From Candidatus Korarchaeum cryptofilum OPF8 (GTDB taxonomy: Archaea; Korarchaeota; Korarchaeia; Korarchaeales; Korarchaeaceae), in NCBI RefSeq assembly GCF_000019605.1, contig NC_010482.1, positions 690,001 through 722,000 on the forward strand: a stretch of DNA of 32,000 nucleotides, read 5' to 3'. The translations under genes and the position numbers were made by a program. Below, in pieces: positions 17,548-25,492 of the stretch (the first letter of the stretch is position 1; the number at the start of each line of letters is the position of its first letter). Below the pieces are notes generated by a model. The model searched no databases, had not been told where the DNA came from, and worked only from the letters and a program-made list of their open reading frames with translations.

Positions 17548-17894
17548 GTGGCAGCATAGAAATTGCCCACAGCTCAATGCACACGAGATGGAACGTATAG
17601 TAAATGTTAGTTATCCGACAGCGGCCGAATCCAGAGGAAGATGGAACTAGTTAAGCGGATTTCATCAGCTAAGCGATAAAGCTATCAGAAGCTTGGTAAA
17701 CTAGGAGTGTGAGAGCTCCCTGTAGAATGCTATCATTTTCCTCACAGCTTCATAGCAGTCCCCCTCCTTGTACAGGGAGAGGGCTTCATCCAGCAGGGCT
17801 TGAAGCTCAGCAGCCTTATCCTTGCTCAGCTTTCCGGCTGTGATACCCTCACCCTTATAATACAACCTCTCTGAGATTTTTAAAAATAAAGCCT

Positions 17895-17915
17895 TGTTAA
17901 ACTGATTGTTTAACA
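17895..17915. repeat. perfect 8-bp inverted repeat (5-nt loop) at the GC/AT compositional boundary
   Basis: 'TGTTAAAC tgatt GTTTAACA' sits immediately next to the A/T tract 'tttttaaaaataaa' (17876-17890). Confidence 0.75.
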
Positions 17916-18050
17916 GAAAGACCTTTCATGAGTGGTTAGCGGCCCAGAATCTGATCTTATAACAGCTGCGTAGCCCCAACACTAGGATATCCTCGAACTA
18001 ATATTTGAGCGAAATCCTTATAACTAACTAGCCGCTTTTATTACTTCTTG

Positions 18051-18431
18051 ATGATTATACTAACCCATGGAAAATATAAGGAAAATGCTGGATTTATCTT
18101 CTTTGGAAAAGATAAGGAGTTAAATTTGGTGAGGGAGGGAGACAGAAGGGAGGAGGTATGCACTCCTAATTTCCTAAGTACTCTTTTAGAATGTATTTCT
18201 TTAGATTATATTTCGACCTCTAAGTTAGAAAAAATAATTGAAATAAGTGGGGAGAAAATAAAAGAAAGATCAATAAAAATAGAAAATCGAGTAAAGAAGA
18301 TACATAAAAGAGTGAAAATAAACAATAATGGGAGGATCCAGGGCTATCAGATTGATATCGCCCCTGTATGGCATAAAGGATTATCCACTAACGAGAGGGC
18401 ATGCGGGAGGTGGAAATATGGAAATATTTAA
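18051..18431 (+). CDS. hypothetical small protein, possible first gene of the AT-rich operon
   Basis: A ~126-codon open frame in ~32% GC DNA, where stops are frequent. It overlaps the next start by 14 nt. It is Lys/Glu/Ile-rich, and no motif was recognised. Confidence 0.3.
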   Translation: MIILTHGKYKENAGFIFFGKDKELNLVREGDRREEVCTPNFLSTLLECISLDYISTSKLEKIIEISGEKIKERSIKIENRVKKIHKRVKINNNGRIQGYQIDIAPVWHKGLSTNERACGRWKYGNI

Positions 18432-20520
18432 AAGAATAATAGCACTATTTAGGAAAATTTCTCGCATCTTTCAAAAGAAGGAGTTATATATAGGGGATCT
18501 ATCCAGGGAGCAAAGAAGCGAACCTTCTACTGCCGTAGAGAACATAATAGATAAGGAAGAAGCTCGGGGAGAATTGGAAAAAGAGATTGAGGGTAAGTCT
18601 ATAAGAGAGCTAGAAGAGAGAGTAGAACAGAGTATTCCTGAAGGAAGGAGAAGGAAAAAGCCTCAAAAAAAGAGAGCTCCTACTGAACAGGATATAAAGA
18701 CAAGAAGGACTGTTTATAAAGAACAGAGGGTACACGCGATAGGAAAAGAGGTGAAACTAGGCAAAAAGAGATCTACAGGGAGAGCTAAGAGGCCAAAGTC
18801 ATTAGAGGCAGTTCCAAAGGAAAGAAGAGAGGAAAAATCGGCTCAATCCTCTATAAGAGTGAGAGCGCCATTTGTTGAAATTGATCTTGACAGGGCTAAG
18901 GTTTTTCTCGTGATCCCAAAACAAAGCTTAACGGTAGAAAATTCCTCTAAAAAACAATTGAGTTATAGGGTATCCTTAGATAACGAAGTAGAAAGACCGC
19001 TTCCAGTTGGAATTACCGGTAATGAAGAATATCCAGAAACAGAAGAAGAAAGGATTGAAATAGAAAAACCTATAAAAAATTTTAAGGTTGCCTATCCAGA
19101 AGAGCTTGAAGGTAGGAATTATACTTACGAACATAGGGATGATTCTATTTATACTTTCATCGCTGTTGGAGATGGTCTAGGCAGAATGCACTATCTATAC
19201 GAAGATGGGAACATCAATCCACTTCCTCAAAGAGAAATATGGGTCCTTCTTGAGGAGGATTTTGAGCCCGAGATCGAACCGATTTTAGAGGAGGATAGAT
19301 GGATCTGGGAAAAATATAGGCCATTATATATCGATTTGAGAGATAAAAGTGAATTAGTTATAATAAATAGAAAGTTAAATAAAAGAGAAGCTATACCTTG
19401 TAAATCTACTTTTTCCATTGAAGGCGAAGAGATTATTTATGATGATTTCAGCGATCAATCTCCTATTTTTACGGGTAACAGTATTAAAATAAAAGCTCCA
19501 ACAATAAATGAAGAAGGATGGGTCGTTTATGTTCAAAACAAACAAGATGGTTATAAGATTGTTTCCGATAATTGGTTAGGGAAGGATCCCCTTGAGCTGA
19601 GATTTGACCGTGATCTACCCTGTGAATGCGGGGAATTCCAGGTAGATATCTGTGGGCAAGATGGGAAATCTGTTAACACACTGTTCTTCAGGTATATTCC
19701 ATCTTTGCGATTAAATTATTCGAGGGAACTCATCATCCCAGATCCCAAGAAGGGCCATAAAACAGAGAGAGTTGAGATTTCACTTCCATATGCAGAATAT
19801 TTTGAAATAGAAACTGAAGAGCAAATAAAACCCACCCCGAAAGGATATGAGATCATTTTACCACCGAAAAGAGATGTCTTTAGGTTCTCCATCTTCAAGA
19901 AGAATAAGCCGGAAACTAAAGTAAGCTTCAGAGTAACGGTTCCAAGATTAAAATGGAAGACCTCAAGACATATAGATTGGAGGGATACTCCGCTACGTTT
20001 AGAGAGGGAAGAACTGCTCACTAGCGAAGAACTCTACCTCTATATCAATACGAATAGTTTTCCTAACTATAATATTTCGGCGATACTCGAGGCAAATAAC
20101 CAGAAACTGCAGGAATCAAAGTTTGTTAGAAAGAGAAATATTTACAGCATCTTATTAAACCAATTTTATGATACTATTAAGGAAAGCAAAGGTAGGATTG
20201 TGCTTAAGATTAAAATCCTTAAAAACGAAAGGATCATAGGTGAAAATATTCCCGTTCTATATCTCTCTGAAAAGATAACGCTTAGACCTATCCCGCGAGG
20301 ATCGAGAAAGAGTATGAGACCGATTGTAAGGTGCGGCATGGGCATGAGGGAAGGAAGGGGCTTTAGTAAAGAAGAAATAATCCAGGCTGGGATTAGAATA
20401 GAAGATGCTAAACGATTGAACATTCCGTATGATAAGCATAGGAAGTCAGCACATCCCAAAAATATCGAGATTTTAAGATCGTTAGTTGAAGGTGATAATT
20501 ATGCCGATAGATCCGATTAA
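18418..20520 (+). CDS. ~700-aa orphan protein: basic/acidic disordered N-terminus, beta-rich middle, C-terminal ribosomal-protein-L13e-like module
   Basis: ATG 18418 is preceded by 'GGAGGTGG' 5 nt upstream. The 2.1-kb frame is uninterrupted in AT-rich DNA. The first ~150 aa are K/R/E-rich. The C-terminus reads 'RPIVRCGMGMREGRGFSKEEIIQAGIRIEDAKRLNIPYDKHRKSAHPKNIEILRSL'. The stop lies 20 nt inside the downstream helicase gene. Confidence 0.8.
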   Translation: MEIFKRIIALFRKISRIFQKKELYIGDLSREQRSEPSTAVENIIDKEEARGELEKEIEGKSIRELEERVEQSIPEGRRRKKPQKKRAPTEQDIKTRRTVYKEQRVHAIGKEVKLGKKRSTGRAKRPKSLEAVPKERREEKSAQSSIRVRAPFVEIDLDRAKVFLVIPKQSLTVENSSKKQLSYRVSLDNEVERPLPVGITGNEEYPETEEERIEIEKPIKNFKVAYPEELEGRNYTYEHRDDSIYTFIAVGDGLGRMHYLYEDGNINPLPQREIWVLLEEDFEPEIEPILEEDRWIWEKYRPLYIDLRDKSELVIINRKLNKREAIPCKSTFSIEGEEIIYDDFSDQSPIFTGNSIKIKAPTINEEGWVVYVQNKQDGYKIVSDNWLGKDPLELRFDRDLPCECGEFQVDICGQDGKSVNTLFFRYIPSLRLNYSRELIIPDPKKGHKTERVEISLPYAEYFEIETEEQIKPTPKGYEIILPPKRDVFRFSIFKKNKPETKVSFRVTVPRLKWKTSRHIDWRDTPLRLEREELLTSEELYLYINTNSFPNYNISAILEANNQKLQESKFVRKRNIYSILLNQFYDTIKESKGRIVLKIKILKNERIIGENIPVLYLSEKITLRPIPRGSRKSMRPIVRCGMGMREGRGFSKEEIIQAGIRIEDAKRLNIPYDKHRKSAHPKNIEILRSLVEGDNYADRSD
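20314..20490 (+). other. L13e-like domain (C-terminal ~60 aa of the 18418..20520 product)
   Basis: It matches the conserved core of eukaryotic/archaeal L13e as I recall it: human RPL13 '..[62 protein letters not shown]'. The shared elements are RPIVRC, GRGFS-EE, AGI, I--D-(R/H)R and N---L. Confidence 0.7.
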
Positions 20521-23500
20521 GGTTACACAGAATATTCGCGAGAGCTATATCCGATATTTGACGAGTACTTTCCACCTTAGAGACGAACAATTTCGAAGTA
20601 AATTCCGGCAAGAAGTTGAGGCTTTTTCCTTTATAAAGGGCCCCATTTTAGAGGCAACACCACCTTTCGAAAGAGGATGTCATCTTAAGGATTTAATTAG
20701 AGAAGGGTTGCTCAGCGATAAACTAGAGAGTTTTATTTTTGATGCGATGGATTATTTGCGCAATAATCCACTATACTTACACCAGGAGAAAGCTATTAGA
20801 AAGATAATTAAAGGTAGAAATGTGCTCATTGCCTCCGGTACAAGTAGTGGGAAGACGGAGTGCTTCCTGATACCAATTTATAATCATCTTTTAAGAGAAT
20901 ATGAGGAAGGAAGGCTCACACCAGGAGTAAGGGCTCTTTTGCTCTATCCTATGAATGCATTAGCTAACGATCAGCTGAGAAAGCTGAGAAAAATAGCGAG
21001 AGTGATGGAAGAGAAAATTCCCGAAGTTAAAATAACCTTCGGTAGATATGTCGGCGACACTCCTGAAGCTAAGGGAGATGGATTAGAGAAGTTCAAATTG
21101 ATGAATCCCAAGGAGAAGCCCGTAGAGAGCGAACTTCTTTCGAGAGAAGAGATGAGAGAAAATCCACCTCATATACTAATAACGAATTACGCAATGCTCG
21201 AATATTTACTTTTGAGACCAAAAGACTCGCCTTTCTTTGATGGAGAATACGCGAGAAACTGGAAATTCTTAGTTCTCGATGAAGCCCATATCTATAGCGG
21301 GGCAACGGGAATTGAAATGGCTATGCTCATCCGTCGCTTGAAAGATAGAGTCTGTAAAAATATGGAAGGTGACTTGCAGTGCATCGCGGCAAGCGCAACT
21401 CTTGTTAGGGGGGAGGAGGATTTTGAAAAAGTAGCAGACTTTGCAACTAAGCTTTTTGGAGAAAGATTTGAATGGGATCCAGAGGATAGTGAAAGACAGG
21501 ACATAATTAAGGGAGAAAGAATCAAAATAGAGGGCTCGAAGGCTGAATTTAAGGCATCACTCAATCTATACTTAGAACTAGAAGATAGAATAATTCAAGA
21601 TACTTCCTCTCCTACTCTGGAACAACTGTACAAGACTTGTGAAGAAAATGGTATTCCTAAAAGTATTTTGGATAATTCGAGGGATATTTGCGACAATAAT
21701 CCAAAGAGATTCCTTTACGAAGTTCTTTCAAAAGATGAGATGGCAATAAAACTGAAGTCTCTGCTAGAAGGAGGAGCGAAGGGGATTGATGAATGCGCTA
21801 AATATCTTTTAGAAAAAGATGAGCCCTCAAAGGAAGAATATAGCCAGATAATTAGCCTTATTAATGTATTAGTGTGGGCACGCCCAGATGAGGATTCCTT
21901 ACCTCTTTTACCGGCTCGTTACCATCTATTTGTTCGCGCACCGGAGGGGGTCTTTATATCCTTTTACCCTGAACCGAGGATATTCCTAGAGAGGAGGGAG
22001 CTGACGGATGATGGGTATCCCGTCTTTGAACTCGCTTCTTGCCGACGCTGTGGGCAGGAATATTTAGTCGGAGAGGTCGTAGAGGGTAAATTAAAGCATT
22101 CTTTTGCTGAGGTAGATACTCAGAGGAAGAATAGGTATTTCATGTTATGGGGGGAAGATATTAAACTAAAGGAAGACGAAGATCAGGAAGTAGCAGTTCC
22201 TGAAGAAATTGCTAAAGAAGGAGATGTATGGAAGCTGTGCGTAAAGTGTGGGTCGATATGGAAAGATAAACCTACCTGTAATTGTGACCATGAGAGAGAT
22301 TCCGTAAGGACATTGATCGAAGTAACTCCCAAGGACACAGTTCTTAATAAATGCTACCTATGCGGATTACGCTCCATAGATATTGTTCGCGAATTCATTT
22401 TCCAGAGAGATGCTCCTGCAGCAGTATTAACTACAGCGTTGTACCAAAATCTTCCGAGGGATCACGCAAGGGAGAGAAAAATACTCATCTTCTCGGATAG
22501 TAGACAAGATGCCGCATTTTTTGCTCCTTATCTGGAGTTCACTTATAAAAGGATCTTATTCAGGCGTTTGATAGTTGAAGCCATAAAAGGAAATCGATTA
22601 GAAGATTACAGGCTTGAATCCTTATGTGAGGATGTTCTGCGGCTCGGTGAAAAAAGTAAAGTTTTTGATCCAGCGAAGGATGAGAAAGAAAGGAAAAAAG
22701 AGGTCTGGAAATGGATAATTCAAGAGTTCTGCGGAATCTGGGATAGGAGAAATTCTCTAGAAGGTGTTGGGCTGGTATCATTTATCCTGATATTTCCTGA
22801 AAACTGGAGGCCCATCAAAGAGCTACAAGAACCGCCCTGGAATCTTACAGAGGACGAAGCGAGAGCATTATATCAAACATTGCTCAACTCCATGCGCTTC
22901 AATATGGCTATTACTTTTCCTGATGGACTGAATTCCCAAGATGAGTTCTTTAGCCCAAGGAATAGAGAGTACAAATTCAGAGGGGAAGGCTCCGATACCG
23001 GAAGAGGGATATACTCCTTCATACCATCTCAAGGCAGGACTAATGCAAGACTCGAATATTTGGAAAAGTTATATAAGAAGATTACGGGAAAGGAAGATGA
23101 AAACAATGAATGTAGGGAGCTATTAGGAAAAATATGGGAGGATTTGAGAGATAACTGGGTTGATAGGGGTATACAGAGATTTAGCAACTCGAGAGATGGT
23201 GTCCTTTACAAGCTTGATTATAGATATTGGAGAATAATCCAGCCGAACACCTCTTGGTTCATTTGCGATCGCTGCGGAGTAATTGTACCCTCAAGCGTGC
23301 GGGGAGTCTGCCCGACATTCGGCTGTAATGGAAATCTCATTCCAATAGATAACCAAAAATTTGAAGATCTTGAAAGAAACCATTACCGCTATCTATATAC
23401 TCACTTGGAACCCATAGTAATGGCTCCCCATGAGCATACAGCACAGCTCACCACCGATCATGCCTCAAACATTCAGCAAAAGTTTATAAGAGGGGATATC

Positions 23501-25333
23501 AATATCTTGAGTTGCTCAACTACATTCGAGCTAGGAGTGGATATTGGAGAATTAGAAGCTATCTTTTTACGTAATGTCCCACCAGAACCCTCAAACTATA
23601 TTCAGCGCGCAGGAAGAGCAGGAAGAAGACTCGGTACCATAGGATTTATTCTGACTTTCGCCCAACTTCGTTCTCATGACCTTGCATACTTTAAAGAGCC
23701 AGAAAAAATGATTGAGGGAAGAATAAAGCCACCTATCATTGAACTCAAGAATGAGAAGATAATTTCCCGTCATCTCTACTCCATTGCAATTGCGGATTTC
23801 TTCAGAAAATTTAGCGATTATTTCGGGGATGCGGACTCGTTTTTCAGATTTGAAGAAGGTATTTCAGGCACAGAGAGAATAAAGGAGTATCTTCTCACAA
23901 AGCCCGAATCCATCCTGAAATCATTAAAAAGAGTCATACCTGAGGACTTGCAGAAAGTTTTTGGAGTTGATGATTGGAAATGGGTTGATGGTCTTGTGGG
24001 TAAAGAAGGTGTTCTTACAAAAGCAGACGAGAAAATAAGGGACGAATTTACCAGGCTTAAGGAATTCTATAGATTAAAGGAGGAAGAATGGAATAGTGCC
24101 CAAGATCAGCAAAAAAGAAACAAAATACATGCAGATATGAACTGGGCATACAAAAGAAAGGAGACTATTAAGAGAAAACAGCTCATAGATTTCTTAGCAT
24201 CTCATGCAGTTATTCCCAAGTATGGTTTTCCAGTGGATGTTGTTGAATTGGACATCCTATCACACCAGGACGCTGCTAAAAATATCCAGCTAGAAAGAGA
24301 CTTGAGCATAGCTATTTCAGAATTCGCGCCAGGGAGTCAGGTAGTTGCAAATGGGTATATTTGGGAGAGTGAAGGGTTGAAAGTCGTGAGAAATAGGACA
24401 TGGCCGATTTACTGGTATGCTATCTGCAGTGAATGCAATAAATTTTTCATAAAAAGTGGAACAATAGAAGAAAACCCACCCTCCTTCTCATGCGATGTTC
24501 ATGGACCCATCTCACGGGGGGATATACATAGATTTGTCACGCCAATATTTGGCTTTGTGACCTCTAAGGATTTTGAGCCAAAGAAACCGGGTGAATCGAG
24601 ACCAAAGCATGAGTTTACCACAAGACCATACTTCTTCAGTTATGAGAAACCAGAGGAAAGAATATTCACTATTGGCAGATTTAAGATTAAATGTAAGTAC
24701 TCTTCCGATGGAGAATTAGCCGTTATCTGTAAGGGGAAGAAGGGTGGATTTTGGATATGTTTTGATTGCGGTGCGGCTTTCCCGGAGAGAAAAAGAAAGC
24801 ATAAAACGCCTTACGGGATGGACTGCACATCACCTTTGAAAGGCCCGTTTCACCTTGGACATACTTTTAAGACTGACGTGCTTTCTATTTCATTTGAAGA
24901 GCCAAATATAAATGAAAGTTATATTAGAGAGATATTTAGATCAAAGTCTATTAAGATAAATAATAAGTTTGTAGAAAGCTTCTGGCTATCCCTCTTATAT
25001 GCAGTACTAGAGGGCGCAAGCCAGGCCCTCGGGATAAAAAGAGAGGATCTGAATGGATGCCTCCATTCATCTGAGGGCAGAATTATGCTAATATTGTTTG
25101 ATAATGTTCCTGGTGGAGCTGGGCATGTAAAACGAATAATGAGCGAGAGAAACTTGTATGAGGTTCTCAAGGGTGCCCTAGCCCGAGTCAAGAATTGCGC
25201 ATGTGGGCTTGAGACCAGTTGTTATGGATGCCTCCGAAGTTATGAGAATCAATTCTGTCATGACCTACTGAAGAGAGGCGTTGTCTGGGAGTTTCTTGAA
25301 AGAAATCTGGAGGGGGATCAGTTACGTAGATAG
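20501..25333 (+). CDS. ~1610-aa DEAH-box SF2 helicase with multiple zinc ribbons and C-terminal DUF1998 (MrfA-type Zn-binding) domain; DrmA+DrmB / DruE-like
   Basis: ATG 20501 follows a 'GGTGA' SD. Motif I is 'ASGTSSGKTE' (~20831), Ia 'YPMNALANDQ', II 'VLDEAH' (~21275), III 'ASATL', IV-like 'IFSDSRQDAAF' (~22490), 'HTAQL..STTFELGVDIGELEAIF' and VI 'QRAGRAGRR'. CxxC pairs lie at ~22039, 22237, 22354, 23266/23311, 24424 and 24760. The C-terminus 'LFDNVPGGAGH...CACGLETSCYGCLRSYENQFCHDLLKRG' is the DUF1998 signature. Confidence 0.9.
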   Translation: MPIDPIKVTQNIRESYIRYLTSTFHLRDEQFRSKFRQEVEAFSFIKGPILEATPPFERGCHLKDLIREGLLSDKLESFIFDAMDYLRNNPLYLHQEKAIRKIIKGRNVLIASGTSSGKTECFLIPIYNHLLREYEEGRLTPGVRALLLYPMNALANDQLRKLRKIARVMEEKIPEVKITFGRYVGDTPEAKGDGLEKFKLMNPKEKPVESELLSREEMRENPPHILITNYAMLEYLLLRPKDSPFFDGEYARNWKFLVLDEAHIYSGATGIEMAMLIRRLKDRVCKNMEGDLQCIAASATLVRGEEDFEKVADFATKLFGERFEWDPEDSERQDIIKGERIKIEGSKAEFKASLNLYLELEDRIIQDTSSPTLEQLYKTCEENGIPKSILDNSRDICDNNPKRFLYEVLSKDEMAIKLKSLLEGGAKGIDECAKYLLEKDEPSKEEYSQIISLINVLVWARPDEDSLPLLPARYHLFVRAPEGVFISFYPEPRIFLERRELTDDGYPVFELASCRRCGQEYLVGEVVEGKLKHSFAEVDTQRKNRYFMLWGEDIKLKEDEDQEVAVPEEIAKEGDVWKLCVKCGSIWKDKPTCNCDHERDSVRTLIEVTPKDTVLNKCYLCGLRSIDIVREFIFQRDAPAAVLTTALYQNLPRDHARERKILIFSDSRQDAAFFAPYLEFTYKRILFRRLIVEAIKGNRLEDYRLESLCEDVLRLGEKSKVFDPAKDEKERKKEVWKWIIQEFCGIWDRRNSLEGVGLVSFILIFPENWRPIKELQEPPWNLTEDEARALYQTLLNSMRFNMAITFPDGLNSQDEFFSPRNREYKFRGEGSDTGRGIYSFIPSQGRTNARLEYLEKLYKKITGKEDENNECRELLGKIWEDLRDNWVDRGIQRFSNSRDGVLYKLDYRYWRIIQPNTSWFICDRCGVIVPSSVRGVCPTFGCNGNLIPIDNQKFEDLERNHYRYLYTHLEPIVMAPHEHTAQLTTDHASNIQQKFIRGDINILSCSTTFELGVDIGELEAIFLRNVPPEPSNYIQRAGRAGRRLGTIGFILTFAQLRSHDLAYFKEPEKMIEGRIKPPIIELKNEKIISRHLYSIAIADFFRKFSDYFGDADSFFRFEEGISGTERIKEYLLTKPESILKSLKRVIPEDLQKVFGVDDWKWVDGLVGKEGVLTKADEKIRDEFTRLKEFYRLKEEEWNSAQDQQKRNKIHADMNWAYKRKETIKRKQLIDFLASHAVIPKYGFPVDVVELDILSHQDAAKNIQLERDLSIAISEFAPGSQVVANGYIWESEGLKVVRNRTWPIYWYAICSECNKFFIKSGTIEENPPSFSCDVHGPISRGDIHRFVTPIFGFVTSKDFEPKKPGESRPKHEFTTRPYFFSYEKPEERIFTIGRFKIKCKYSSDGELAVICKGKKGGFWICFDCGAAFPERKRKHKTPYGMDCTSPLKGPFHLGHTFKTDVLSISFEEPNINESYIREIFRSKSIKINNKFVESFWLSLLYAVLEGASQALGIKREDLNGCLHSSEGRIMLILFDNVPGGAGHVKRIMSERNLYEVLKGALARVKNCACGLETSCYGCLRSYENQFCHDLLKRGVVWEFLERNLEGDQLRR

Positions 25334-25389
25334 GCAACTTAACGAACTATTTACCCTCCACCGAAGAAATGATCTGTATAGCAAGATAA

Positions 25390-25394
25390 TTTTT
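25390..25394 (+). terminator. oligo-T tract downstream of the helicase gene
   Basis: A T5 run ('aaTTTTTctt') lies 57 nt after the TAG at 25331-25333. A second T5 lies at 25456-25460 in the 160-bp convergent gap. Confidence 0.25.
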
Positions 25395-25492
25395 CTTATG
25401 AAATCTGTCCCATGCTGAGGGGAATTCTGCCCTTCCTGCTCAGGAGATTCTATTATTTTTATCCCATCCTTTCACTATTTTCGAGAGGAAGT

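Noticed and set aside
17701-17865. 54-codon minus-strand ORF ('..AELQALLDEALSLYKEGDCYEAVRKMIAFYRELSHS'), vaguely PaREP1/helical-bundle-like
   Set aside because: It has no ATG (only a TTG), lies below the ORF-track threshold, and the similarity is only impressionistic. I kept it as a note rather than a feature.
18328-18417. N-terminal extensions offered by the ORF track: 18328 for the orphan protein, 20486 for the helicase, 26836 for the MBL gene and 16131 for the ABC ATPase
   Set aside because: In each case a downstream start has a GGAGG/GGTGA-type SD at the proper spacing and homology begins there. The extensions overlap the preceding gene or add non-homologous residues.
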